From Raillietiella orientalis (taxonomy: Eukaryota), in NCBI GenBank assembly GCA_036172245.1, contig JAYWIR010000033.1:1-64000 (forward strand): DNA of 64,000 nt, given 5' to 3'. A program made the position numbers and the translations under genes. The notes beneath the pieces are model-generated. The model was not told the DNA's origin and did not search any database. It was given only the letters and a program-made list of their open reading frames with translations. Positions 40,779 to 54,926 of the stretch are shown one piece after another (position 1 is the stretch's first letter; each line of letters begins with the position of its first letter).

Positions 40779-41530
40779 TCGACTGCAACCGCTAAGGCTC
40801 CCTAGGTTTCCCTTTGGGACCCGCGCCTCCGACGGTGAGAGATCGAAGGCGTCGCTTCCGCACGACGATCTATCGCCACGCGATGCTGCAATTGCAGCAA
40901 TGTGCGGATGAATAAGAGGTTCGCGTCCATCGACAGCCCAGGAACAGCGTAGTTCTGCTCTGGACTCCCCAATGACTCCGCGATCCTCTCCATCCGCGAC
41001 ACATAAAGTTTCAAGAACAACTTGACGTCCGAATTCACTAATGTGATCGGACGCCAATTGTTCAGATGACGCAAATCTCCGCCTTTCGGCAGGAAACGCA
41101 CCTCCGCTGAGCAAAACGAGGTGGAAACATCGCCTGCATCTCGCATCAGCGACGAGAGTTGGAGCACCAGGTGGATGAGCTCCGTCGCAAAGCACTGAAA
41201 CAATTCTGCGGAAAGTCAATCTCCGCCTGGCGCTTTTCGTCTCTCGCGCTGCGAGATGGCCGAAGAAATTTCCTCTGCCTTGAAGAGCTCATCGAGACGC
41301 GCACGTACCTCCTCGTCTACGACAGGTGCATCAATCGGCAGAAGCATTTCGAAGAGACTGCGTTCCGTTGGTGCCTCTTCATAAAGAGAACAGTAATAGC
41401 GCCAGACCATCCGCCGCACGTCGGCTGGAGCCAAGCATTACCGGTCCTAGTCGTCGAGCAGAACTGTCGCTCCAGACTGCCAGATCTGGCGCTCAGCCTT
41501 GGCCTTGTAATCGGATAATCGACCATCTTC
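40779..41530 (-). pseudogene. ORF2 linker and RT N-terminal part, ending at LAVAVD
   Basis: YYCSLY, KAPG, LPKGGDLRHLNNWRPITLVNSDVKL, EQNYAVPG. Confidence 0.88.
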
Positions 41531-41549
41531 CGCGCGCCTGGAGCAGGAG

Positions 41550-44500
41550 CGGGCCTGCAGAAAATCTCTGCTGTTGGCTACACCCTCTATGAAGCCACGC
41601 GGAAGCTATTGCAAGAGAATCGCATTCAGGGTTTTCGAGACACATTGACCACTCTGTCCAATCACCCGTTGGTGCGGTTTTTCCTCAGAACGGAGAATCC
41701 TCGGCGAAGGCAAGGCACCACGGCTGCGCTCATCAGCATGCCCGCCTGATTCGAGACACATCCTGGACATAAGGAGGACCTGAAGACGATTATGGAGACC
41801 ACAAAAATCAGAAGAGACGACGACTTGGACAGCTTGAAACACAGGATACAACTGTTTGCAAATATGCAATTCGGGGATAGGCCCCTGAGGCAGAAAAAGT
41901 ACCGGGAGCTGAACAACCAAGATCACTCACTGTCAAAGTACTTCGATCAGTACGAGAGTCGGTACGTCTTCAGCAACATAAAAGGGGAAGTCGGCGTGCA
42001 GCAGAAGAGAAATCTGGCAACAGATATCTTCTGCATCCAGTACGACGGTCAAGAGCGACAGTCGTCCGTGGATATCGTGGAACCCTCTCTCAGGCATTAC
42101 ACGAAACACTTCAGGCGACAACATCTCTGTCGCTCTAGTCAACAAGCCTTTCTGAGCTATCTCGAAAAGAGGACCAACGACCTCCAGCGCAACAGACTGG
42201 AGGAGGAATTCTCCCATCACGCACTATCAGCGGTACCTGCATGCCTACCTGCGCTTGTCCCACCAGTTTCCCCTCTGCATCCGAGAAGAAGCACGACTGC
42301 CTGAGTACTTCTACGAGACTAGGATGAGTTTGTTGCCGAAAGGAGGCGACCCAACCCAGATCGCTCAATGGAGGCCAAACTGAATCCTGAACTCCGATGC
42401 CAAGTGGTTGGCGAAGATCTGGTCCAACCGCTTAGGCAGAGTCATGTCGAAGCTCATCTCTCCGAACCAAACGTGTGCACTCGCTAAACGTAACATGTCG
42501 GGCAATGTCAAGTGTGCTCAGGCCACCGTCAGACTCAGCCGATACGTCGGCGAGAACCTGGTACTGGTGTTCACTGACATGGAAAAGGCTTTCCACTTTA
42601 TCGACCACGGGATGCTGCTGAAGGTTCTGGAGAAGCTAGGGCTTCCAAAACACTGCAGCGACTTCGTGAGGGCGGTACTCCAGAACCAGTACTGCCGGAT
42701 CAAAATCAACGACCAAGAGACGGCAGCAATCCGGATGGAACGGGGAGTCCGGCAGGGCGACTCGCTTACTCCGATGCTTTTCGTCATCTACATGGAGGCG
42801 ATGTCGTCCTTTATCGAGAAGAGCGGACGACTGCAAGGCATAAGTATCGATAGCCAGCGTCTTACCCATCTCCTATACGCTGATGATCTACTCTTCTTTA
42901 TCAAGGGAGAGAGAAATCAATGAGCGTTTCTGGATGTGGTAGACCTGATGAATAAAGGCCTGGGTCTAAAGATCAACGCCCAGAAAATCCAGATCTTGCT
43001 CGTTGGAATCCTCGATCTTTCCGCTCTGGCTAGAAGAGGATTCCGAACGGTGGAAACGGCCAATTACCTGGGTGTCTACATTGACGACGACTTCGCGTCA
43101 AAGCTATTGTGAACTGAGATCCTAGGAGAAACGGCCAAGGAATCAGCCAACTACACCCGAAAGGACCTTGGGATGAAGCGAAAGGCCAACATATGGAACA
43201 GAGTACTTCTTCCAAAAGTGCTCTTCGGGGCGGCCTTCGCGAGGATGAACAAGGACAAGACGAGGGAGTTCGAGAAGCTGCAGTAAAAAAACTGTGGAGT
43301 CACTATCGCATAATAGTGCGACTAAAACCCCTGTGTCGTCCCAGGGAAGAAGGCAATTCCGGGATAAAGTTGCTTGCACACACCATAGAAATCATGGATA
43401 CGCGAAACATCCTGGACATTGCCAATCACTGGGATGACTGGCCGTATGCGGAGCATAGGGCCTACGCGTTGTTGTGGAACAACTCGGAAGGCCTGATGAC
43501 TGCGCTGCTAGGCTGAGCAGGGAAATGGATGAAAATCGACCCAACCTGGACGAGGAAGCAACGGCTGGTGCGAAAGCACAAAATCAAGATCGCGCCGAAA
43601 AGTAGGAGACTCTGGCAGGACGAGTCCATCCTGGTAATCCCTTGGATGCTTCCTGTGTCGCCGGACACGAGAAGCTGGATCGACCAGCGGTCCAGAGTTA
43701 CCCTACAACGAATCCAGGAGTGGAAACGAGGAAAGGACCTACATCACACTCGTATACTTAGGTATATAGAGATGATGTTAGGAAGGTTTAGTCATATGAC
43801 CCGCGAGGTGTGACTTAACCACAACGGCTTTGCGTGGGCCAGGGTAATCAAAACAAACCTCCGAAAATTAATTCAGGAAGAAGACCGTGACATCAGTGTT
43901 CTCCAGGAAGCCGCCGTTCGCTACGGAAGTGACCGGGTCAACCTGCTAGCGATCGGCACGATGCTCTGGAGGAGTGACTTTCCGCCTGGCACCCAGGATG
44001 ATCTCCTGATGTTTTATCATGAAGGAATCCAGAGTGGGTCCCGATTCCAGTACTATACCGGAAGACGGGAAGATCGAGACTGCAAGGCATGTGGAGACAA
44101 CGACACGAGACTTCACGTCTTGACGTGTTCCACATTGCTACACAACTGGCTGATCCTGGAAAGGATTATCGGACTCACGAACAGATCCGTTATGGAGATC
44201 CTCGCCGGGATGTTTTAGGGGGATGGTATTGTTCCCTGTTACATTCCCATGGTGAGGGAACCATCGGCCTCTTCATCACCACCATAGATGTGCGGTGGTG
44301 GAAGATCAGGAAAGCCAGGAGAGCCGCACCTGCGATGGAGATCCTGCAAGGACTCATCAAGGAGATCGGCATCATTAATTGTGAAGGAATCCATGCGTGG
44401 ACCTACCGATTCATCCTGGTGTGGATTGAAGACGACTCCCGGAACCGAAGATCTGCAAACCCACTCCGAAAGCAGAACTTGTAATATCCCGAAGGACTTG

Positions 44501-44604
44501 ATAATGATGTTAAGTGGGTATGTTGTATGAATGTGATTATCTAATCAATGTGTTTTCAAAAATAGAAAATAAATTCACCCCACCCTTTGTGGGACTTAGT
44601 GAAA
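41550..44604 (+). mobile_element. LINE lineage A: decayed ORF2 and 3' end (second copy)
   Basis: Direct homologue of 1-2857; RGVRQGDSLTP, YADD; AATAAA at 44568 plus CCCCAC-ccttt-GTGGGA. Confidence 0.92.
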
Positions 44605-45923
44605 ATTGCCGAGTCGGTGAAGGGGCGGCTGTCTGAAGCGTGTTTTTGCGCGGTGCGCCGCTGCTTGCTACGGGTTTCGTAGTCGCCGCAGAGGCACCTG
44701 CGTAGGATTGGGACTTTGCCGATTTGGTAAGGTACAGCGGGTTAGAGCTGCAGGTATTCGCCCTGTGGCGATCTTCATGCTCACCTACCTTTCCGACCGA
44801 GGGTCTTCGGAAATGTCGCGGTTCCTGGCTTGGAGAGGTGCTTCCGAGTACGGCAGCGAGGGCTCGCCCTCGCGCCTTTTTTTAATTGGCTTCCTCGCCG
44901 CGATTTCTCCCTTTAGGGGCATTCAGGGCTTGGACGCCTTTTGTATAGCCGCGTATTGCTTAGCTTTATTGCCAAGACTCCGCGGAGACTGTTTTTTCTT
45001 GGGGGCAGCTGCCTTTCGTGCTTTGGTCTCTTGAACGCGACGAACTTGCGCCTTTTCTTTGCAAGTACCGGTCACTTTTTTATTTCGTGCCCGGTTTCTT
45101 TGCAGTAGCGGCATTTCGTGGTAAAACATTCCTTCATTCGGTGTCCCTCCTTGCCGCACTGCTCGCACACGCGAGTATATCCTATAAACCACAGGTGAAC
45201 GACCGTGCCGTTCACCTGCATCTGCTCGGGCACAACACGCCCTTTCGCGACGGTGATCCTCGCGGGAGCTTGTCCAATGTGGACAGAGGGGAAATCCTTT
45301 AGAGGATTTGGCCTCCTCCACAGAGCGTGCACGGTGGCGAACTCCGCCAGAACACTTACGACATCGCGGTCGGAGTTTTACGGCTCGATTTCGCACAATC
45401 GGAGGACAAACGAGTCGTCCATCACGGAAGGCAAGACTTCCTTGCCACCGATGGACAACGCAGTATGGAGTAGGCGCTGCACTAGTGCTGCGTTTTTGCA
45501 CCGGATCTTTGTGTAGTCCATCCTGCTTGCAGGCATGATGGCAAGGAGCTCCTCCTCCCGAACGCCGATCCGGACGAGCTCATCGTTGAGCTCACGCCCG
45601 GTCCTCCCGTAAAGGGGCCCACTGACCTTATAACGGAGGGCGGACATGTAGCAGGATGCCACATAAGCCTGCAACCCCGCATCGCAGGGTCCTGCTCCCT
45701 GGGTGGTGACGGCGGCGTAGCTCCTCACCGAAGGCAAGGAAACCGTCACGGAGGATCATGCGGCCGCTTCCATTCCAATTTAATTGGATTCCACTGCTGA
45801 CTCATCGACATCATTCTCAGAAGTGGCCAGGCTGCACAACGCTGCTTGGTCGACTTCAAAGAAACACCCAAGTGCGAGCGAGAACGCACTCACAAAGATG
45901 CTCGATCGCGGACGCGGAGAGAC
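44605..45923 (-). mobile_element. LINE lineage B: 5' UTR and ORF1 (second copy)
   Basis: CEQCGKEGHRMKEC and CRYCKETGHEIKK knuckles. Confidence 0.9.
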
Positions 45924-46682
45924 GCGAGAACACGTCTGTACTGGGCGAGCGCATGAGATGGAATGCATATCTGGAGTGCGTCTATCGTATCCGTGGGGAA
46001 CATCGAGAAGTTGTTATGTCGCCTACCTACTTCGGCCAGCCGTCGAGGCCGCGGCGCGTAGCGTACGGTTCGCAATCACGGTCGTATCGGCCACCTGACT
46101 CTCATCTGGTGCGACTATATCGACCTGATCGTCGCGAACGTGCACGCATCAACCCGCGAGGACCTGGCGAATAGGTGGGCGAGGAAAGAAATTTTCCTCG
46201 CCCTCCGGCACGACTGGCTGACCAAGAAGGGCGTGCGTAATGTCCATCTGGTTGGAGGCAATTTTAAGGTTCGCCTAAACCAGATGGGAAAAATCACGAG
46301 CGGAAAATGGTCAAAGCGGTGCGCACGGCAGTGCACACCTGTAATTTGTTGGCCAGTAAACCGCGGATAGAGGACAGCATCGATTACGTGTTCCTTGATC
46401 AGCACCCTTGCACTCGTGTGGGCAGGCGCAGTGAGTTACTGTCCGAGTTGTCCGACCATCGCCCGAACGTGCTCCAGGTTCATGCTCGCGACAGGAACTC
46501 CTGCTCGTTAGCGTGGCGTTTGCCAGGACACTGGCTGAAGCTCCTGGAAGCGGCGAAACATCTCCGCACGTTCATAGGGAGCTTCAGGCTGCGCACACTC
46601 CAGGATTGGGACCGCTTCAAACGGTCCGTCCAGGAGCTCTGCTACCAGTTCCCTTTAGCTTGCATACCAGAGGTATTAGAGG
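45924..46682 (+). pseudogene. APE fragment from the ETH motif to the GFG-equivalent site
   Basis: DYVF, SDH, WRLP, FPLACIPEVLEV, the same length as FPLYRLPPGFGV. Confidence 0.85.
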
Positions 46683-48729
46683 TTTCCACCCGGGTATGAC
46701 CGTGGCGTTTATTGAAAAAATAAAACTCCACAAGACGTGGTACGAGGCCTTACTGACGGCCTAACACCGAACCTGCCGGGACGCAGCCCACCTTGACTCT
46801 CCTCGGCAGTGGAGGAAGATGTGTGAGAAAACAAAAAATAAAATAAAAACAAAGAAAAAACAAAGAGAGTTTGAAGGGAGGGGAAGGGATCACATTCCAC
46901 TGGAAGGAGTGTCCAACCTTCCCAGGATTCCCTCGAGGTCCATCAGCATTGAACCCAGCTGGGGCCATCCTGTAGCTCTCCGCATGCAGCAGACCGCATA
47001 CGGGATGACATTCCTCTTGATCTCGTCAAATCGTCCGTCGCGTGCATCGCTCCAGGCCGCCACGATGCCTCGGATGCAGCATGCGTCTCTGGGTTGGCTG
47101 CCCACCGGGAGCCCGAGGGTCGTCCCGAACCGTTCCCATAGGGTTCGGAGGGCTGCACAGTCAACAAGTAGGTATGGGAGCGATTCCCGCTCCCCACACT
47201 TTGCATATTCAGGCCATTACACTACCCGCGTCCAGTGGAAGCGCCGCGCGTTGAAGGGTAAGTCCCAGGGCAACAGTAGCTGCGCCGATTCTTGCCACTT
47301 CAGGGGGAGGAGCCTGGATCCGATGAGAACTGGAAGCCACTTCAGGTCATCCGTCGGGATGCCGAGCACCTCGGCCCATCTCAGAATTCCACGCAAGAGG
47401 GCACTCGGGGTCGTGGCGTCTGCCAGTTCTCCCATGGTCCAACCGCTCCTTTTCTTCTCTCTGCCTGCTATACAGCAGGAGACTTGCCATTTCGGCTTCT
47501 GGCCGCTGGTTAGGGCCCTCCGTGGAGAGGACAGCGTCGAAGCTAATGGAGTGGTCTTGCCCACGTGCTCCTCGCGGGACACTCCAGAGTGTACTGCTGT
47601 GTGCAGCAGGCGTTGGGTACGAATCGCAGGCGGTTCTAGGTTTTTTTCTCTGCTGTTGTTTAAATTCGCCCAGGTTCCAACGGTTTCCTCCAGCCAGGCG
47701 GAGCAGTTCGCGGGGCTGCATACTATTCTACCGTTTTCTCTCACCAGGGCTTCCATGCGTCCGAGAAGGTTGCTTCTTCTTAACTTTCCGCCGCGGCACA
47801 AAAGATACGACGCAAGCCCTTGCGTCCTGGAAAGACGGCTGGCGAGGAGGAGGGACGAAACGCAACAAGGGGTGCTCCACAACTGCGCTGCGATGGCGAG
47901 AAGGCGCACTCGCAGCTGGATCTCCAAGCGCTCCAGTGTCACGAGTTCAAGACCGCCGTCCCGACGCGCAGCACATAAATCTTTCAGAGGCACACGAGGC
48001 CTCCCGCTGCCTTAGAGTGCTAAGCGAACGAGGTCCTTAGACCTCTTCTTCAACTGGGAGGGGACGGGGCAAACAAAAAGCAAGGTGCGGAGGATGAGGT
48101 CCGAGAACGCGTTCAAAACCGCGGCCCGTTACGGCAGAAGAAACTTGCCTTCCAGGAACGGGCCGATTGCCAACTACCCTTCCGGGAGACTACCTGACCA
48201 GGATTCTGCGAGACAGAAGTCCCCCAACAGGACACCCAGGTACTTCAGGCACCTGGCCGTGGGGATCCCCAAGAGGATCCAGTCAGACCGTCTACCAACG
48301 TCGCACCCACCGCTATCACTAATGACTTCGGCTTGTTTACCTGGAGTCCAGTCGCACGGCTTAGCAGATCGAAGAAATCCTCTACTGCGGCTGCCGGAGC
48401 AGACATGTGCAAAATCAGCAGAAGATCGTCGGCGTATGCAGCTACAGCGAGCGTGCCGGGGCATGAGCTGGGCAAGGCAGCCAAAGTCACTCTGTACGCT
48501 CTCAGCACCTACTCAAAGTAGGTGCTAAAAAGCCGAGGACTAAGGCTATCGCATCGCCGTATGCTTCGCCATACCGGCACGCCGTACGGCTATTTGTTTA
48601 CTGGAAGAAACGTTCATTAACGCATTCCGCCAGCAAGAGCGCAGGAAAGAGTGTAAAAACGGTGGAAAGCCCATGCGACCCAGAAGCTCCAAAAGAAGCT
48701 CCTGGTCCACGCAGTCGCTCGCCTTATGC
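46683..48729 (-). mobile_element. LINE lineage Cx: ORF2 from HKAxDCVDQ to 3' end
   Basis: YADDLL, LCAARRDGGL, LKWQESA; terminal motif at 46683-46713. Confidence 0.9.
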
Positions 48730-49882
48730 GCTCGAAGGCGGACGTTTTTTCTCGGTGCTCCTTGTGCCAGGAAGTCTCCCCTAGTGCAAACGTCGTGTGG
48801 TTCGGTGGTCGATCAGGCAGCGATGCCTGACGCGACCACCAGGGATGGCTAGGTGGCGGCGGCAACGTCGTTCCCAGAGGCGATGTAGGCATGGGCATCC
48901 GCCCCTACAGAATCGGTCCCCACTACAGCGCGGGCGTAAAGCGCCGTTGTGTCGGCGCCATCGCCTGCAGTCGCCGCGGAATTGTCGGCCTATGTAGAGG
49001 AGGGGTATAACCCCTCATTGTTCTAGAAGTTAGGCAATCTTCATTCTTTAGAGAGCGCGCGCGCCTTCTCGAAGGGCATGCGCGCTCTCGATGTGAAAGA
49101 GGAGGAGCTCAGCGCTATGACTATCTGCAGCGGGGCTCAGTACGTTGAGGTCATCTGCAAACAAGCAGAGCTGGCCCAACGACTGCTTTTATTCCCTGTG
49201 GTGATGGCGACGCGCCGGCTCCTCCCCATTACAGCAGACCGTAGCATCATGGTCCACCTATTAAACGTGACCGCGCATATGCGCAAAGAACAGGTTCATG
49301 CCGCTTTAGAACAGTACGGAACGGTCCGCACGCAATGAACGAAAGTTAGTCCTTTTGATGACTACATGGGGCTGCAACACGGCCTCACAGCTGCACGCGT
49401 GACCGCTCGGGAGGGCTGCCCTCTTCTCAACAAACTGGTGGTCGATGGCGAAACCGTCGACCGAAGGTATGTGGGGAAGCCGAAATACTGCGACTTGTGC
49501 AATACGTCGGGGCACCTGAAAAAGAGGAGTCCCAACGTGCAGTGCCAAGTATGCGGCACAATGGGTCCCATGAAGGATGTGACCCCAAAAGAATCAGTGC
49601 GGATGGTTTCCAAGAGGAACCTTAAAAAACGCACCCTGCTGGTGCAGAAAAGGCTGGCGGAGAAAGCTGCCGCGAAGGCTGTGCCAGCCGCGCCCAAGAC
49701 CCAGGCCGCACCCGAGACCCCAACGTACAACGCCGAACAAGTCAAGGAAAGCAGCCACAAGCCTAGGTGGCAGCTGGCAACCGCTAAAAAGAGCAAAAAG
49801 GAGAGCAGATTGGAGAACAAACTCGCGTTACGCCAGAAAAAATAGCAGGCAACCGAGCAGATTAAAGCTTGCACTTTTGTCG
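48730..49882 (+). mobile_element. LINE lineage C: 5' end and ORF1, interrupted by G
   Basis: 5' GGCGGACG at 48737; YVGKPKYCDLCNTSGHLKKR. Confidence 0.88.
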
Positions 49883-52584
49883 TTTATTACCCGGTTGCGC
49901 CGGGACGTTTATTAGAATATCAACTGAGAACTGTGTTCCCAGGCAAGGGGAACAGAAAATGGGGAATAGATTTCCCGGAACGCAGTCCGGACACACTAAG
50001 AGTTCGGAACGGGAGGGGGTGGAACAATAAATAAATAAACTGGGTGGGGGGGAGGGGACAGGGGTATACCGTCTAACCGTTCCTATTCTCAGAACCGGTG
50101 GTGAATGCCGCCGATCTCCATCCTCACTTCTGCTCCAAGATGTGGCCACCCGGCAGCCATTTGCAGGTTGCAGGCTGCGGTGTCGGGGACCGATGTTGGG
50201 ACTGCTCGCATCTGCAATACGTGGCCGGCCCTGACAATGGCGCGGACGCAGCAGATGATGGCGACGACCGCTCCAAGAGAAAGATCGCCACGCGTGTAGA
50301 AGCGGCGCATCCAATCCAGTGCGGTGTGTCCAGGGTGCAGGAGCGCTGAAGACAGCCGCCGCCACAGCTCCTGGAGGGCACCGCACTCAAACACCAAATG
50401 CGGAAGCGATTCCACGGCTACGCATTTGGAACAGTTCGGGGAAGCATCTCCCATGAAAATCAGGTGCGCCCGCTGATTGCAGTACAAACCCCAATGCACC
50501 AGCAGAAAAGCGTCCTGTTTCCACCCAAGGGGGAAGAGAGTCGCGTCCAAACACGCAGAAGAGACCACAGGTTCATCGGTGGGCACCCCGAGGAGCTCAC
50601 TCCACCGGACAAGCCCCTGTGCAAGAATGCGAGGTGTAACAGCGTCTGCCACTTCGCAAGTCCGCCAGCCGCCCAGCAGGCGGGTTTCGCTTGAGATTTC
50701 GCAAGCAATCTCCCACCGCGCAAGGCAGGTCACTGTCGTCTCGCACCATCAGTGCACACAGTGCTTCGGCGAGTAACGTAGCGGCTAGGCGTTTCCACTG
50801 GTCCTGGTCTTCCAGCACCTCCCCCACTGGACAGTATGGGGAAAGTTCCACGCAACGGAGTTCCAAACGGGACACATCCTGTTGCGCTGCCCAGGACGAT
50901 AAGGCTTCCTGCCTCCAGGCGTTGAAGTTCGTCGGCCGGAAGGAGATCCACTCATGCTTTCCCAGAAGAGTGGCGAGCTGCATCAAAGGGAAGCCGAACC
51001 CTCTCTGGGCGCGCTCCGTGCGCATATGCAACGAACGAAGTCCGTCGCCACCCGTGCTGCGCCGCAGCAGCAGCCGCGCTGGAGCACACCAGGGAGTAGT
51101 CCAGAGCTGCGCACAAAGTGCCAGCATGCGGAACTGCACAAGCAGTCCGATCCGCTCCAGCGTCAGGATGCCTAATCCTGCATCCCGCCGAGGAGCCGCC
51201 AAGTCCTTCAGGCGTATCCTGGACCTCGCCAGTCCCCACAGGGCGTTACGCAACAGGCGTTGCGCCCGGCGCTTAGCCGAGTAGGGAGGGGGACAAACAA
51301 AAAAGAGGGGACGGAGGAGGGGGGCAACGAAAATGTTCCACACGAAGGCCCGTTCCGACAGGAGAAACCTGCCTCCTTGGAACGGGCCCAGAGCAGTCTC
51401 GGCCTTGTGAAGGCAGTCCGACCACGCTTATGCAGGACATAAGGCGCCCAAGGGAACGCCGAGGTACTTCAAGCACCTGTTCGTGGGGATCCTCAGGCGG
51501 ATCCAGTCGGACTGCCCCTCCCACGTAGAGCCAACCGGTACAACGGTTGACTTCGTCCTGTTTACGCTCAGGCCCGCTCCCCGACGAATGAGCTCGAAGA
51601 AGTCCTCAAGGTGGACATGGGCAGCAGCAGGAGAAGGTCGTCAGCATAGGCGGCCACGGCCGGTGTTCCCGGGCAGGAGCTCGGCAGGTTGGCCAGCGTC
51701 AGCCTGTACGCCCTCAGCATCAACTCAAAGAAGATGCTGAAGAGCAGGGGGCTTAAGCTGTCTCCCTGCCTGATATCCCGCCGTATGGGAACACCGTATA
51801 CGTGACGCCCGCTGAAAGAGATACAGCATAACGCGTGGCGCCAGCAGGAGCGCAAGTAGGCTATGAGGTGCGTCGGGAGGCCTAGGCGTCCCAGAAGCTC
51901 CAGAAGGAGGTCCTGGTTTACGCTGTCGAACGCTTTGCAGAGATCGACGGCGACCGCTAAGGCTCCCGGTGTTCCATCGTGCCTTGAACACCGCCGCTTT
52001 CCTTTGGCAGCGGCGATTTCGGCTGCCTGGCTCTGCTGCGCCACGCGCTGCTGCAACTCGAACCATGTTCGCGCGAAGAAGAGATTCGCGTCCATGGACC
52101 GCCCCGGAACAGTATACGTCTGCTCCGGACTTACCAAGGAATCTGCGATTCTCCCCAGGCGCGCGACCCATAGCCTGGAGAACAACTTGACGTCCGAATT
52201 CACCAATGTGATCGGACGCCAGTTGCTGAGGTGGCGCAGATCACAGCCTTTCGGCAGGAGCCGCACCTTTGCTGAGCGGAAAGAAGCGGAAACATCTCCC
52301 GTCTCACGCATCAGCGAGGAAAGGCTTAGCACCAGGGGGACGAGCTCCGCCTCGAAGCACTGAAAGAACTCCGCGGGCAGGCCATTCTCCCCAGGCGCCT
52401 CATGCCTCTTCAGGCCCGCTATGGCACAAGATACTTTTTCCGGCGTGAAGGGCCAATCCAGTCTGGCGCGTTCCTCCTCGTCGATAGCAGGGTTGCCCCT
52501 CGGAAGAAGCAGCTCGGAGAGACTGCGTTCCGTGGGCTCCTCCGCGTACAACGAGGAGTAGTAGCGCTTGACAGCGCGGTACAC
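49883..52584 (-). mobile_element. LINE lineage G, 3' half (linker, RT, C-terminus, 3' end)
   Basis: VYRAVKRYYSSLY, WRPITLVNSD, DLCKAFD, RQGDSLSP, YADD, CSKCVAVESLPHLVFEC. Confidence 0.95.
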
Positions 52585-52672
52585 GGCGGACGCAATTGTT
52601 GCGCGCTCCTTGAATGGGGAGTTTTTATTTTCTGGTGTTTCGTGTGTGTTTCGCGGCCGTTGACAGGCAGAA

Positions 52673-54035
52673 ATGCCTGTTAACGCCGCAGTTTCAGGTG
52701 AGGGAGGCGGGAAGACCGCGTCTCCCAAGCCAAAGGAGGTGGGATCACGCCCCACCACTTCTTCTGAACCCGCCACTACGGCGAGGGCCTGGAGCGCGGT
52801 GGCAGCGGGGGAAACGCCCGATGTCGCCGCCGAAATCCAATCCTACATCCAGGAGGGCTACAATCCGGCCCTCCTGTACAAGGTAGGCAATTTATATTTC
52901 CCGTTAAGGGCGAGAAAGTTCGGCAATGCCATCAAAAAGATGGGCATTGCCGACCATGAAATTCTTTGCCTCTCTATACGGAGCGGAGGGCAGTTGGCGG
53001 AGCTCATCTGCAAGGATGCAGCTCTCACCCACAAGATGCTCTGCACGTTCGTACAATTTGAGGGCAGGAATTTACTATCACACACGGTGGACCACTCCAT
53101 TGTGGTCCACCTAACAGGGACAACAGTGCGGATGGATGAGAACGCCATCCGCGCTGAACTGGAAAAATGTGCAAGCGTTTTCGCGATTTGGAGAAAGCCC
53201 AACACCTTCGGAGTGAGCGGTGCATTTAGTGGGCGAGTAGGCGCGCGCGTGACGTTTCGAGAAAGCGTACAGCTTCCCCACAAGCTCCAAATTGGCGACC
53301 AGTTGGTCCACATTTGGTTTGTGGGGAAACCTAAATTCTGTGGAAACTGTAAGTCGTTCGGGCATTTGAAAAAGCGGTGCCCGGACGCGGTTTGCCCAAC
53401 GTGCGGCGCGAAGGGCCACACCAAAGTGATGTGCCCGATGAACGTCGCGCCACGTCCAACAATCAAAGCGTGCAGCGTGGCCATCAAACGCGTGCCGGCG
53501 ATCGATACTCGCTCCGCTGACGGATCGATGCGACGTGACGTCACGTCAGCTGTTCAAGCCGCCGCCGCGCGAACGCCGACGCCGCGACGCCTGCGTGAGC
53601 AGCGACGACCGGGACTTCAACAAGGCGGCGGAAGAGTTGGCAGCCATGCTCCAGCAGCCTCCCAAGGCCCAGAAGAAGGCCTTGAGGTGTCCGGCTGAGG
53701 CGAAAGGACCGGAGACTTCCGAGTCCGAAGCCGAAGCCGGCAAGGCTCCGGCTGTCGCTCTCCCGAAGCGCAAAGCGGGCCGCAAGGTAGGCAACCCGCG
53801 GCGCTCCGCACATCCACCGGCGGAGGAGGAAATGCGGTCGGACCACGACGACGGGGAGGCGATGTCCGCGAGGTCTCGCGACTCCTCGCCGGAGACGTCG
53901 CTGGCCAAGCAGGAGCCTCCAACCACCACCACAACCACCGACGGACCGCCTCCTTGAGAGCAACAGCCCGTCGCAATGGATACACAACTCCCGCCTGCTA
54001 AACAGCAGGCGGAGGACGGTAAGCAAGCACAATAA
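52673..54035 (+). pseudogene. D ORF1, gag-like with two CCHC knuckles (one frameshift, one premature stop)
   Basis: CGNCKSFGHLKKRC, CPTCGAKGHTKVMC; frame change near 53530; TGA at 53955; likely true stop TAA at 54033. Confidence 0.88.
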
Positions 54036-54916
54036 ACACACCAACGCGTGGACTCTCCTCCTGCCGGCGACTGCGCGTAATCTGTTGGAACGTCAACGGG
54101 TTGCGCGACGACGGCAAGAGGAGTGAAGTGGCCGCCAGCCTGCGGGACTTCGACCTGGCGCTTCTGCAGGAGACGCACGTTCTCCACGCAGGGGAGGCCC
54201 AGGAAATCGAACGGATCGCAGGCGGGCGGCTCGTATACCAAAACGGGAGAGACCACACCCGCGGTGTGGCTTTCATGCTGAAGCCAGCCGTCGTTAATGC
54301 GTTGCGCGACGTGCACTTCGACGGGGAAGGACAAATCGGGCAGCTTGGTGCCAAGTGGTCCGACGCGATCGACCTCGTCGTGACCAACGTGTACGCGCCC
54401 GGCACGAGCCACAGGCGCGGGGAACGCACTGCGTTCTTCGAAGGCCTGCGGCGAGATTGGCTGTCCGAAGCAGACATGCGAAAGGCGCACCTCATTGCCG
54501 GGGACTTTAACGTCCGCCTGCTGGCAGGTGCGCCCGACATTCGCGCACAGCTGGTCAACGAGATGTGCGCTGCCAGGCACGCGCGCAACTTGTTGGCCGG
54601 TGACGCCGGGACGGAGACGAGGATCGACCACATGTTCCTCGACAACCACCTGTGTTCGCGGGTGGGAAATCGAGGGGCAGTGCCATCCGAACTTTCCGAC
54701 CATCCCCGGCTGGCGCTAGAAATACACCCGCGCGGTAGAGGTCCACCCTCCACAGCGTGGAGTTTGCCAGGGGACTGGTTGCGCCTCGAAAAAACAGCGC
54801 AACATCTTCGCTCGTTACTGCAAGGCTTCCATCTGCAGACGCTCGCGGACTGATACGACTTGAAGAGCTCAGTCCGCGAGTTCCGCGACCAGTTTCCCCT
54901 GTACCGTCTCCCTCCA

Positions 54917-54926
54917 GGTTTCGGCG
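54917..54926 (+). repeat. Candidate target-site duplication of E (partner at 60578-60587)
   Basis: GGTTTCGGCG on both flanks of E. Confidence 0.75.

Larger units (their letters stand above)
52585..54926 (+). mobile_element. LINE lineage D, 5' half (5' UTR, ORF1, APE)
   Basis: 5' GGCGGACG; ORF1 from ATG 52673; APE about 54032-54926 ending FPLYRLPPGFG. Confidence 0.95.

Noticed and set aside
49883..54926. Twin-priming 5' inversion as the explanation for head-to-head ORF1/ORF2 pieces
   Set aside because: It would need a deletion of about 150 bp and leave the 60574 and 63553 pieces orphaned, whereas nesting gives two codon-precise rejoinings. It remains possible for 37869-40205, where both parts are E-like.
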